NCBI GenBank assembly: GCA_964366795.1 | Contig: CAYIUX010000001.1 | Coordinates: 1 to 48,155, forward strand | Direction: 5' to 3' | Length of the DNA: 48,155 bases | Source: an uncultured Gammaproteobacteria bacterium | GTDB lineage: Bacteria; Patescibacteriota; Microgenomatia; PFEM01; CAYIUX01 | Shown: in pieces, positions 17,373 to 26,423 of the stretch | How positions within the stretch are numbered: the stretch's first letter is position 1 | Layout: each line of letters begins with the position of its first letter | Program-made: the position numbers and the translations under genes | The notes under the pieces: generated by a model | Told to the model about the DNA's origin: nothing | Database searches by the model: none | The model's input: the letters and a program-made list of their open reading frames with translations, nothing else

Positions 17373-18769
17373 GAATTCTTTTGGTTAAACCAGTTACTCC
17401 TCAAGGAGTAGTTTTGAATTGTATTCCCCCAATTGGGTTAGGTTATCTTGCCACCGCTCTTCGAAAGGAGAGATTTAAAGATGTCGCTATTCTTGATTGC
17501 GTAAAGGAGGGGCTAGATTATCCTTCATTTAAGAAAAAAATTAACAAATACCGACCCGACATTGTTGGCTTCCAGATTTTTTCCCAAGATTTACCTTCTT
17601 TGGAAAAGAGCCTTGAAATAGTAAAAAAAATTAATCCCCAAATTATTACCCTTGCCGGTGGTCCCCATCCTTCAGGTTTACCAGAAGAAACACTTAAAGA
17701 TTTTAAAAATCTCGATTTTGTCTTCTGTGGTGAGGCAGAAATTGGACTACCCATGCTTGTCAGGGCTTTAAAAACAAGAAGGGGATTTTCCCAGATCCCA
17801 GGATTAGGCTGGAGAAATAAAAAAGGGAAAATAGTCATCAATCCCCAAATTTTTGTTGATGATTTAGATGGTTTGGGATTTCCTGCCTGGGATTTGCTAA
17901 AACCCCAAGAATATCCCGATGCCCCACAGGGGATAATTTTTAAAAATTTACCGATTGCTCCAATTATGGCTACCAGAGGCTGCCCTTTTTCTTGTACTTT
18001 TTGTGCCGGTTGGACAATCTCTGGAAAGAAAGTAAGAAGAAGAAGCGTTGGTCATATTTTGAAGGAAATAGAATTTTTATATAAAAAATATGGAGTGAGA
18101 GAAATTCATTTTTTGGATGACAATTTTACTTTAAATAGGGATTATGTTGAGGATTTTTGTCGCCAACTTTTAAAAAAAGGCTTTAAAATTAGCTGGTGTT
18201 GCCCAAATGGAGTCAGGCTTGATACTTTAAATAAAAGGCTTTTGAAACTAATGAAAAAAGCGGGCTGTTATTATGTTTCGGTGGGAATTGAGTCAGGCTC
18301 CGATCGGATTTTAACACTAATGAAAAAGGGAACAACCATCAAAAAAATAAAAAAAATGACGAAGATGGTAAATGAGGTGAGGATGACAATTAACGGATTT
18401 TTTATTCTTGGCTATCCTGGGGAAACAAAAAAAGATATTCTTAAAACTATAAAATTTGCTAAAAGTCTGGGTCTCACTCGAGCCGCCTTTTATAATTATT
18501 TACCTTTACCGCGAACCGAATCATATCAAAAGTTATTAGCTAACGGCGAATTTAAAGAAAAAAGAATTGACTGGAATCAAATTTTTCAGGCGGACGTACC
18601 TTACGCCCCGATGGGCATTAGTCAAAAAGAATTAAAAGACCTCCAAAGACGGGCTCATTTGGAGTTTTACCTCCGCCCAATAATTCTCTGGCGGTTGATT
18701 AAAGAAATTCGCACATTTGAACAATTAAAATATATTTTAAGAAGGGCGAAAGCTTACATGCTAGGATGA
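17369..18769 (+). CDS. B12-binding (class B) radical SAM enzyme
   Basis: 466 aa. The N-terminus reads MRILLVKP...IGLGYLATAL...LAGGPHPSGLPEE...FCGEAE. The cluster motif is TRGCPFSCTFCAG. The C-terminal EFYLRPIILWRLIKEIRTFEQLK is shared with 29574-30989. There are ATGA overlaps at both ends. Confidence 0.88.
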   Translation: MRILLVKPVTPQGVVLNCIPPIGLGYLATALRKERFKDVAILDCVKEGLDYPSFKKKINKYRPDIVGFQIFSQDLPSLEKSLEIVKKINPQIITLAGGPHPSGLPEETLKDFKNLDFVFCGEAEIGLPMLVRALKTRRGFSQIPGLGWRNKKGKIVINPQIFVDDLDGLGFPAWDLLKPQEYPDAPQGIIFKNLPIAPIMATRGCPFSCTFCAGWTISGKKVRRRSVGHILKEIEFLYKKYGVREIHFLDDNFTLNRDYVEDFCRQLLKKGFKISWCCPNGVRLDTLNKRLLKLMKKAGCYYVSVGIESGSDRILTLMKKGTTIKKIKKMTKMVNEVRMTINGFFILGYPGETKKDILKTIKFAKSLGLTRAAFYNYLPLPRTESYQKLLANGEFKEKRIDWNQIFQADVPYAPMGISQKELKDLQRRAHLEFYLRPIILWRLIKEIRTFEQLKYILRRAKAYMLG

Positions 18770-19392
18770 ATATAAAAACCGCCACCACCTTAACAAAAAA
18801 GCTTTATCAAAATCTTGGTTGGCCAACAACTTTTACTCGTATTCGTTTTTTTACTGCTCCATACGAGAAGTTAGAGCAATTAATTCCCAAAAAAGGCTTT
18901 ATTATTGATTTGGGTTGTGGCTATGGGATTTTTAGTAATTTTTTGGGTCTAACTGGACCGAAAAGGCAAATTTTAGGGATAGAGCTTGATTCTGAAAAGA
19001 TTAAATTTGCCAATAGGGGGGTGGCTAATGTTAAATTTTTGGAAGCAGATATTACCAAAATAACCCTCAAAAAAGCAGGGGCTATTTTGTTGATTCATGT
19101 ATTGCATCATTTGAATTCTTTTCAAGAACAGGAGAAGCTTTTGACTGAATGTAAAAAGAAATTAACTAGAAATGGAGAGTTAATTATTGCTGAAGTTGAT
19201 AAAAAACCATTTTTTAAGTTTATTTTAGGGCGATTAGCTGATTTTCTTTTATATCCTGGGGATAAAATTTACTATCGGTTTCCAGATGAATTTGGTAGGC
19301 TGTTTACTAAGCTGGGATTTAAAGCTAAAATTATCAAAGCCGATAAAGGTAAACCTTTTGCCCATGTTATTTATGTTTTAGAAAAAAAATGA
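18766..19392 (+). CDS. Class I SAM-dependent methyltransferase
   Basis: 208 aa. Motif I is IIDLGCGYGIFS, followed by acidic loop residues and the LLIHVLHHL post-II region typical of Methyltransf_11/25-like proteins. Confidence 0.78.
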   Translation: MNIKTATTLTKKLYQNLGWPTTFTRIRFFTAPYEKLEQLIPKKGFIIDLGCGYGIFSNFLGLTGPKRQILGIELDSEKIKFANRGVANVKFLEADITKITLKKAGAILLIHVLHHLNSFQEQEKLLTECKKKLTRNGELIIAEVDKKPFFKFILGRLADFLLYPGDKIYYRFPDEFGRLFTKLGFKAKIIKADKGKPFAHVIYVLEKK

Positions 19393-21608
19393 GAAAGATA
19401 TTAAAAGAAAATATTACTATTGTTCTTATCTTATTAGCCGCTTTTCTTATTCGAATAATTGGTACAAACCCCGGCTATCCTCCCTATCATCCCGATGAAC
19501 CGATGAGCTATAGTTCAGCCATGAATATGATTATCAATGGGAATTTGGATCCCAAACGCTATGATTATCCAGCTGGGGTTCCTCTAGTTCATATGGTTTT
19601 TTACAGGATTTTTTTTCTTCCAATAGCTCTTTTTAAACTTTTTTTCCCTCATCCACGGGTATTTTTCACCGCCTTACAAATCGGGCCTCGATTTATGGAT
19701 GAATTTAAAGTGGCTATTTTTGGTCGTGGTGAGTACGAGGCTCTGTTCTTTTCCAGATATGTAACCGCCATTCTTGGCGCGGGGATAGTTTTTTTAACTT
19801 ATCTTTTAGCCAAAAGGGTTTTCAATAAAAATACCGGTTTGATTGCGGCATTTTTTCTGGCATTTAACTATCGTCATGTTTTCTCGTCTCATTTTGCTTT
19901 ATCTGATATTCCTAATGGTTTTTTTGCTGTTCTGGCAGTTTTAGCCTGTGCTTTTTTACTGGAAAAACAAAGTCGGAGTCGTTATTTGTTGGCAGGCTTA
20001 ACCTGTGGTCTTTATTTATCAATGAAATATCAATTTTTCCCCATTTTTACTTTTATATTTATCCATTTAACTTGGGTTGTTAGGAAAAAATCTTTAAAAG
20101 AGATCTTTAATAAAAATTTTGTTATCGCCTTATTTTTAATTCCGATAATTTTTGCCGTAATTAACCCCTATCTGCTCCTAAATCTAAAAGAAGCAATTCC
20201 GATAATTAAATACGTTGGCATGCGCTACCACATGGGTATAAGAAAATTTGCATTTTACCCCTATTTTTATTTATATCATTGGGGGATTGGCAATTTACCG
20301 TTTTTGGCGATTATTAGTGGGTTCTTACTGGGTTTAACTCTTAAACCACTAAGAACTCTTTTCCTTTTGTCTTTTATTCTTCCCTTCCTTTTTGTCATGA
20401 CCTATTACTCTGGAGGGGGACTTTTTACCCGTAATTTTACGACAGTTATTCCTTTTTTAGTTATTTTTGCCGGATTTTTCTTGGCTGAAGCATTTCGTTT
20501 GCTCAAGAAAATAACTAAATTGTCTGCTTATGTTTTAGCTCCAATTTTTTTTATTTTGCTTTTTATAGTTAACTTGGAATCAATTAAAAATTCAACCGCT
20601 CTTGCTTATTTTTATACAAAACCCTGGAACATCGATAGACTTTCTGTTTGGCTAGCAAAAAATCTCCCTCCTAATGTTCAGGTTAAAAGTCATTCGGGGG
20701 TTAACTTTCCTGAAGGGAAAAATATAAACCGCGTAGATTGGCCTATCTTTGAGGAAAATTCCCTTAAAGAATTTCAGGAGGATGACAATCAGTTTGCGGT
20801 CATGAACATAGATTCATATCACCTGTTATTATATGATTGGTTTAATTTATCTCCCAAACAGATGATTAAATATTCTGGCGTTCCTTACGAATATCTTGCT
20901 AATACTTTCCCAGGATTAGCTTTAGAAGAATGGCTGGATTTCACCGTCGGAGAATTTTTTAAACCTTGGCAGACCAACGATTTAAATTATCTTGTTTTTA
21001 AAATACCCTCACCCCTAGATAATCCTGGGAAAAAAATTGTTGCTTTTAACTTTGCCGAAAACGAGGAGGGCTGGCGGGTTAAAGGGACATTGGGACAAAA
21101 AATAATAGGATTTATTTGGGATGAAAATGAAGGATATTCTGGAAAGGGGAGTTTAAAAATTGATCAAGGGGCAAGTGGATTTTCCACCGCTCATTTTTCC
21201 TCGCCCCCAATTCCCATTAAGCCAGGTAAATATTATATCTTTTCTGGTTGGATTAAAAACAGCGATAAATTGAATAGTCGGAACCGGGATGGATTTTTAA
21301 GAATGGAGTTTTTTAAAGATAGAGCTGATGCCCAGATAAGTAAAGATAGATTAAAAGTTGCCTTATCTGCTCGTGTTTTTGGAACTACCGAATGGGTTGA
21401 GAAAAAAGCGGAGGCGGTGGCTCCCGAGGGTGCCCACTTTGTAGTTTTAAGTTTTCAACGGAATAATTTATCTTCGGGGTTTTCTTCTTGGCTTGATGAG
21501 GTGGCTCTTTTTGAATCTGATACTTTGCCTCCCCAAAATTTTCCAAATATTCCTTATATCAAACCAAAAATTTCGGAAAAAGAATTGTATCCCATAAGCA
21601 TTTTATGA
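19389..21608 (+). CDS. GT-C membrane glycosyltransferase (GT39/ArnT-like) fused to a C-terminal carbohydrate-binding-module-like domain
   Basis: 739 aa. The first loop YPPYHPDEPMSYSSAMNM carries the DE motif. It has about 11 TM segments. A large extracytoplasmic C-terminal region includes a CBM4/9-like beta-sandwich. Confidence 0.78.
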   Translation: MRKILKENITIVLILLAAFLIRIIGTNPGYPPYHPDEPMSYSSAMNMIINGNLDPKRYDYPAGVPLVHMVFYRIFFLPIALFKLFFPHPRVFFTALQIGPRFMDEFKVAIFGRGEYEALFFSRYVTAILGAGIVFLTYLLAKRVFNKNTGLIAAFFLAFNYRHVFSSHFALSDIPNGFFAVLAVLACAFLLEKQSRSRYLLAGLTCGLYLSMKYQFFPIFTFIFIHLTWVVRKKSLKEIFNKNFVIALFLIPIIFAVINPYLLLNLKEAIPIIKYVGMRYHMGIRKFAFYPYFYLYHWGIGNLPFLAIISGFLLGLTLKPLRTLFLLSFILPFLFVMTYYSGGGLFTRNFTTVIPFLVIFAGFFLAEAFRLLKKITKLSAYVLAPIFFILLFIVNLESIKNSTALAYFYTKPWNIDRLSVWLAKNLPPNVQVKSHSGVNFPEGKNINRVDWPIFEENSLKEFQEDDNQFAVMNIDSYHLLLYDWFNLSPKQMIKYSGVPYEYLANTFPGLALEEWLDFTVGEFFKPWQTNDLNYLVFKIPSPLDNPGKKIVAFNFAENEEGWRVKGTLGQKIIGFIWDENEGYSGKGSLKIDQGASGFSTAHFSSPPIPIKPGKYYIFSGWIKNSDKLNSRNRDGFLRMEFFKDRADAQISKDRLKVALSARVFGTTEWVEKKAEAVAPEGAHFVVLSFQRNNLSSGFSSWLDEVALFESDTLPPQNFPNIPYIKPKISEKELYPISIL
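21034..21516 (+). other. CBM_4_9/galactose-binding-like beta-sandwich domain of the GT-C at 19389-21608
   Basis: The sequence NFAENEEGWRVKG...WDENEGYSGKGSLKID...IPIKPGKYYIFSGWIKN...TEWVEKKAEAVAPEGAHFVVLSFQRNN...WLDEVALFE matches the usual CBM4/9 pattern: W..G, G.GSLK, PG..Y..SGW.K, W......F..P, DDV.L. Confidence 0.5.
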
Positions 21609-22909
21609 ATTTTTTTAATTCTCTTTTGGAAAAAATAAAAAACAAAAAAGCCAAAATTGGCATTATTGGCCTGGGATATGTTGGTTTGCCATTGGCAGTT
21701 TGTTTTGCCAAAAATGGGTTTCAGGTTACCGGTTTGGATATTGATAAAAACAAAGTCAAGGCAATTAATCGCGGAGAAAATTATTTGAAAGAGATGGGAA
21801 TTAATGAGGATTTTAAAAAAGTCGTTAGGGAAGGATTTTTAAAAGCCAGTTCAGAGATTGTTTCTGGGTGTAAAAACCAGGATGTGATTATAATCTGCGT
21901 TCCAACCCCGGTTGATAAAAAGCACAGACCTAACATTAACTCATTAAAAAAAGCAGCCAAATCAATTGGTTTATCCAAACCATTAGGCAAGCTGATAGTT
22001 AATGAATCAACGGTTGCCCCCTCAACTACCGCCTCTATTGTCGGTAGTATTATTCAAAAAGAATCCCGCCTTCGGCGGGGAAATGATTTTTTTCTTGGTT
22101 GTTCACCAGAAAGGATTAATCCCGGAGACTTAAAACATCGGCTGGAAAATACTCCGAAAGTGGTGGCTGGACTAGGGAAAGAGGATCTCGCCCTGACAAA
22201 AGCCCTTTATGAGATGATTATAAAAGCGCTACTAGTAACAGTTAGCTCCTTGGAAGTAGCCGAGACGGTGAAACTTTTAGAGAATAGTTATCGGGCAGTG
22301 AATATCGCTCTAATAAATGAATTAGCGAAATTTTGCCAAAAAACTGGACTTGATGTTTTAGAAATAATCGAAGCAGCAAAATCAAAATGGACTTTTCAAG
22401 CTCATTACCCAGGGGTTGGGGTTGGTGGTCATTGTATTCCCGTTGATCCTTATTATCTTTTAGATATGGCAAAAAAAGAAGGAGTTAAAATGCCCATGCT
22501 AGAAAAAGCCCTAATGGAAAATGAAAGTATGCCGGAGTTTGTGGCTGGATACGTTGCTAATAATTATCAACCAGGAAGCAAGGTTTTGGTTTATGGCCTT
22601 TCCTATAAACCTGGAGTTAAGGATGTTAGGGAGAGTCCGGCTGTCGCCCTTTGTCAGATTTTGAAAAAAAGAAAAATAAAATTTGAGGTTTATGATCCTT
22701 TTTATACCCTTTCGGAGATTAGGGGTTTTGGATTAAAACCTTGCCGTCGACTCACCCGATTTGATTTATTAATCGTCGCTACCGACCATCAACAGTTGGA
22801 AAAAGACGCAAAGCAGATAATTGGACCAAAGACAATCATCATCGACGGCCGAAATTTTTTCAAGAAAAAAGTCGGCAAAATGGTTGTGGGGGTAGGAAGG
22901 AGATTATGA
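21605..22909 (+). CDS. Nucleotide-sugar 6-dehydrogenase (UDP-glucose/GDP-mannose dehydrogenase family, WecC/TviB/Cap5O-like)
   Basis: 434 aa. The N-terminal Rossmann motif is KIGIIGLGYVGLPLAVCFAKNGFQVTGLDID. The catalytic Cys motif is GVGVGGHCIPVDPYY. The C-terminal UDP-binding region is LVYGLSYKPGVKDVRESPA. Confidence 0.88.
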   Translation: MNFFNSLLEKIKNKKAKIGIIGLGYVGLPLAVCFAKNGFQVTGLDIDKNKVKAINRGENYLKEMGINEDFKKVVREGFLKASSEIVSGCKNQDVIIICVPTPVDKKHRPNINSLKKAAKSIGLSKPLGKLIVNESTVAPSTTASIVGSIIQKESRLRRGNDFFLGCSPERINPGDLKHRLENTPKVVAGLGKEDLALTKALYEMIIKALLVTVSSLEVAETVKLLENSYRAVNIALINELAKFCQKTGLDVLEIIEAAKSKWTFQAHYPGVGVGGHCIPVDPYYLLDMAKKEGVKMPMLEKALMENESMPEFVAGYVANNYQPGSKVLVYGLSYKPGVKDVRESPAVALCQILKKRKIKFEVYDPFYTLSEIRGFGLKPCRRLTRFDLLIVATDHQQLEKDAKQIIGPKTIIIDGRNFFKKKVGKMVVGVGRRL

Positions 22910-23589
22910 AAATGAAGAAATTAGTAGAAATAGATTCCAAGAAATTTTATGAAATTAACGAATTGGTTGTAAGAACGACTCCCATGAGGACTCATTATCA
23001 TTCAAAAAATATTTTGGAAAGATGGGTTTGGCAAAGAAAGAAAAAAATTATTAAAAATTTGCTCGATAATCTCTCTTATAATTCAATTATTGACGTCGGG
23101 TGTGCAGATGGTGGTCTTTTTGAATTGGTAAAGGAAAATTGTGATTATACCGGAGTAGATATTTCGCCTACTCAAATTGCTTATTTTAAGCGTATTTTGA
23201 AAGAAAATAAAATCACTAATAAAGCAGAATTAATCAAGGCTGATGCCAGGAAAATGCCTTTTAAAAATAGAAAATTCGATGTGGCTCTGGCATGTGATGT
23301 TTTGGAACATCTGCTCGACCCTATAAAAAGCATGAGAGAAATAAAAAGAGTAGTTAAGAATGGGGGTTATGTTATCTTTAGTATTCCAAATGAAAGTCTT
23401 TTCCAGCTTGTGAGGCTTTTGACAGGAAGATTTCCCCTTCGCTCCCCAGACCATTTGTATTCAATAACAGTTGAAGATATTAAACAACATTTCCCAAAAA
23501 TTATAAAACAATTTGGAATTCCCCTAAATTTATCTCCCAATTTAAATTTAATTAATATTTTGTTGGTGAAGAATGAACACCGTCGTTAA
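22906..23589 (+). CDS. Class I SAM-dependent methyltransferase
   Basis: 227 aa. Motif I is IIDVGCADGGLFE. Other motifs are DISPTQI and FDVALACDVLEHL...NGGYVIFSIPN (Methyltransf_11-like). Confidence 0.78.
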   Translation: MKMKKLVEIDSKKFYEINELVVRTTPMRTHYHSKNILERWVWQRKKKIIKNLLDNLSYNSIIDVGCADGGLFELVKENCDYTGVDISPTQIAYFKRILKENKITNKAELIKADARKMPFKNRKFDVALACDVLEHLLDPIKSMREIKRVVKNGGYVIFSIPNESLFQLVRLLTGRFPLRSPDHLYSITVEDIKQHFPKIIKQFGIPLNLSPNLNLINILLVKNEHRR

Positions 23590-25300
23590 TTTAAAAACTA
23601 GATATATTTTTTTAATAATCACAATAGCGATTTTATTTACTTTCTGGGAATTACCTAAGACTTTTTTCCAGCAAGATGAATGGCAATATTTTGGTTCTAT
23701 AATTTATGCCCTATCTTCCGATAATCATTTCTTAAGCATCATTCTGCCATTTAAAGGAGGGTTGACCCATTTCTTTCCCCTCTCGAACTTGTTTTTCCTT
23801 TTGGAATATCTTTTATTTAAAACAGATTTTCCTCCTTACGCATTGGTAAATATAACTTTTCATCTCATAAATACGTTTTTGGTTTTTTTTCTGATAAAAA
23901 AAATTTCCAAAAGGACAATAATTGCCTTTATGGCGTCTTTACTTTTCGCCGTTAACAGCATTTCTCATCAAGCTGTGAGTTGGGTGGCGAGCGTGATTGG
24001 CACTTTGCCGAGTACTCTTTTTATCTTGCTCTCTTTAATTTTTTTTGTTGATTATCTTGAGAAAGAAAATCGCTTTAAGTATTTTTTGGTTTCTTTGTTT
24101 TTTTTAACCGTCGCTCTTCTTTTGAAAGAAACAGCAGTTTTTTTATTTGTTTTCTTTCCCCTAGCTTGGCTTATTTATAATTTTTCAAATCTGAAAATCA
24201 GCCTTATAGGAGCTAAAAAACCGTTTTTAGCCCTGATTTCTTTTGGGGTTTTTTACGTATTTCTAAGGGTTTTCTTATTATTTTTTGGGCTTAGCTCATC
24301 GCAGCCCGAAGTTACAGATGTAAGCATTGTTCCTTTGCCCGCATATATTTACCGATTATTTACAATTCCTCTTAAGGCAGTTTCTCAGAGTATTTTTCCT
24401 GCAAAGATGATTCTTGGTTTCTCTAGGAGAATTGTTTATCTTGCTTACCCTCAATTTATAGCCTCTGATGGGATGGCAGATCCATATTTAGTTGAAAGCG
24501 CCGTCGCCGATCTTGTTGTTTATGGTTTGGTAGCGATTATCCTCCTCTTATTTTATTGTGTTTTCAGGTATCTGGTAGGTAATAAAGAAAAGAGCTTAAC
24601 TAAAGCCCTGGTATTTTCTTTGGTTTTTATGGGTATCAGTTCTTTGCCTTTTGTTTTTGTTCCCGGACGCGCTGGTTATTTTTCCATTTTTGAGCCGCGA
24701 AATCTTTATATTTTAGCAATCGGTTCGAGTCTTATGTTGGTTATTTTTTCTTATATTTTAGCGAGCTTGCTGAGTAAAAAGCCTAAAATTGTTAATTTTT
24801 TAACTTTGTTTTTTCTAATACCTCTTTTATTCTTTCATATTAAAACTATTCAAAAAGATATTAAGAATTTGAAAGTTATTAGTGATTTAAGAAGGTCTTT
24901 TTTAATTCAGATTCAGACATCTTATCCTGAATTACCCCAAAAAGTAATATTTTATACCCAAAGCGATGCTTGCTATTATGGCCTGCCAGAAGAAGAGAAA
25001 ACTTTGCCGGTTCAATCTGGATTTGGTCGAATGTTGATGATTTGGTATCAAGAAAAAGAAAATTTTCCGGGATGTCTTTATGAAGATCAGTTTCTCCATG
25101 ATTTAATTTCCCAGGGTTATCAAGAATGCCAGGGAAGGGGATTTGGTTATTTTCGGGATTATAATCAGTTAAAAGAAGCTTTAAGAGAGAATAATCTTTC
25201 GGTTGATGATGTTTTTGCTTTTTCTTGGAAAGGAAAAGCCGAAGAGTTTAAGGATGTTAGTCAACAGATAAGGGAAAAACTTCAAAATGAGAAGATTTAA
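23573..25300 (+). CDS. Multi-pass GT-C-like membrane protein (PMT/TMTC-like motif pattern), paralogue of 26420-28069
   Basis: 575 aa. The first loop is FFQQDEWQYFG (a DE motif). This is followed by FHLINTFLVFFLIKK and LLFAVNSISHQAVSWVAS, which resembles the YHxxNxxLH / LLFAxHPxHxEAVxW arrangement of PMT/TMTC-type GT-C enzymes. The C-terminal soluble domain is about 150 aa and has no TPRs. Confidence 0.55.
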   Translation: MNTVVNLKTRYIFLIITIAILFTFWELPKTFFQQDEWQYFGSIIYALSSDNHFLSIILPFKGGLTHFFPLSNLFFLLEYLLFKTDFPPYALVNITFHLINTFLVFFLIKKISKRTIIAFMASLLFAVNSISHQAVSWVASVIGTLPSTLFILLSLIFFVDYLEKENRFKYFLVSLFFLTVALLLKETAVFLFVFFPLAWLIYNFSNLKISLIGAKKPFLALISFGVFYVFLRVFLLFFGLSSSQPEVTDVSIVPLPAYIYRLFTIPLKAVSQSIFPAKMILGFSRRIVYLAYPQFIASDGMADPYLVESAVADLVVYGLVAIILLLFYCVFRYLVGNKEKSLTKALVFSLVFMGISSLPFVFVPGRAGYFSIFEPRNLYILAIGSSLMLVIFSYILASLLSKKPKIVNFLTLFFLIPLLFFHIKTIQKDIKNLKVISDLRRSFLIQIQTSYPELPQKVIFYTQSDACYYGLPEEEKTLPVQSGFGRMLMIWYQEKENFPGCLYEDQFLHDLISQGYQECQGRGFGYFRDYNQLKEALRENNLSVDDVFAFSWKGKAEEFKDVSQQIREKLQNEKI

Positions 25301-26423
25301 ACTGTTATTTTTTTTGTTTTTAAGAAATCCACTGGCGAGTGTGATTGCTGTTTTCCAGGTTATTCGAAAAAAATCTCTTTTGGATTACCGATTATTCAAT
25401 AATGGCTTTAGTTTTTATCCGACCACCATTGTTTTTCATCCGACTGCCAGGTGTAATCTGAATTGCAAAATGTGTGTGATTAGTTCTTATGATTTTCCCA
25501 AAGAACTGACGCTTTTGGAAATTAAAAAAATAATTGACCAGATTGCTTTTTTTAAGCCCCATTTTTACATCGCCGGAGGCGAGCCGCTTTTGAGGAATGA
25601 TTTAGAGCAAATAATTGCCTACGCTAAAAAGAGGGGATTGATAACTACTTTTACAACCAATGGAATTTTGCTCAATAGCAAAAGAGCAAGAAGTTTGATT
25701 AAATCTGGAGTTGATGGTATTGCTGTTTCAATTGACGGACCAAAAATGATTAATGACCAGATAAGAGGTAAAGGTAATTTCGAAAAAGCAGTGGAGGGGA
25801 TAAGACTTCTTAGGAAGGTTCGCCAAAGAAACAATACCCTTTTCCCCAAATTAAAAATAGCCACCGTCATTTCCGGTTTTTCTTATCGTTATTTGGAAGA
25901 GATGGTTAAGTTAGCTGGAGATTTAAAAATCGAGGAGATTGTATTTTTCCACTTGGATTATAAAACTCAAAAAATTGCTAAAACTCACCAAAATTGTATG
26001 ATAGGGTACTTTAATCAGTCAATAGGCTGTTTGGGTTATGTGGTGGGGAATATGCTTTCACTGGCAGAGAAAAAATTTGTCGGCATCAAACCAGAGATTT
26101 TGAAACAACAAATTCAAAAAATCTTCTCCCGGCCACATCCAGTTTCTGTTTCTTTTGCTCCCCCTGTTCCTTTTGCTAAAATTGATGATTATTATAGCGG
26201 CAAATATTTTAATGATTTTGCCTGCACTAATCCTTGGTTTTCCGTTACAATTTTACCAAATGGAGATTTAGTGCCATGTTTTAGCTTGAAAGCCGGCAAC
26301 CTAATGGAGGAAGATTTTAGATATTTGTGGAATAGTGACTTATATAAAAAATTTCGACGATATCTTAAGAAAAACCGCCATTTCCCAGGATGTTTCCGTT
26401 GTTGCGGAACCACCGACGTATGA
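25287..26423 (+). CDS. Radical SAM enzyme with C-terminal SPASM/twitch domain
   Basis: 378 aa. The cluster motif is HPTARCNLNCKMCV and the SAM-binding motif is AGGEPLLRND. The C-terminal CTNPWFSVTILPNGDLVPC...PGCFRCC fits Cx12Gx4C...CxxCC. Confidence 0.85.
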   Translation: MRRFKLLFFLFLRNPLASVIAVFQVIRKKSLLDYRLFNNGFSFYPTTIVFHPTARCNLNCKMCVISSYDFPKELTLLEIKKIIDQIAFFKPHFYIAGGEPLLRNDLEQIIAYAKKRGLITTFTTNGILLNSKRARSLIKSGVDGIAVSIDGPKMINDQIRGKGNFEKAVEGIRLLRKVRQRNNTLFPKLKIATVISGFSYRYLEEMVKLAGDLKIEEIVFFHLDYKTQKIAKTHQNCMIGYFNQSIGCLGYVVGNMLSLAEKKFVGIKPEILKQQIQKIFSRPHPVSVSFAPPVPFAKIDDYYSGKYFNDFACTNPWFSVTILPNGDLVPCFSLKAGNLMEEDFRYLWNSDLYKKFRRYLKKNRHFPGCFRCCGTTDV

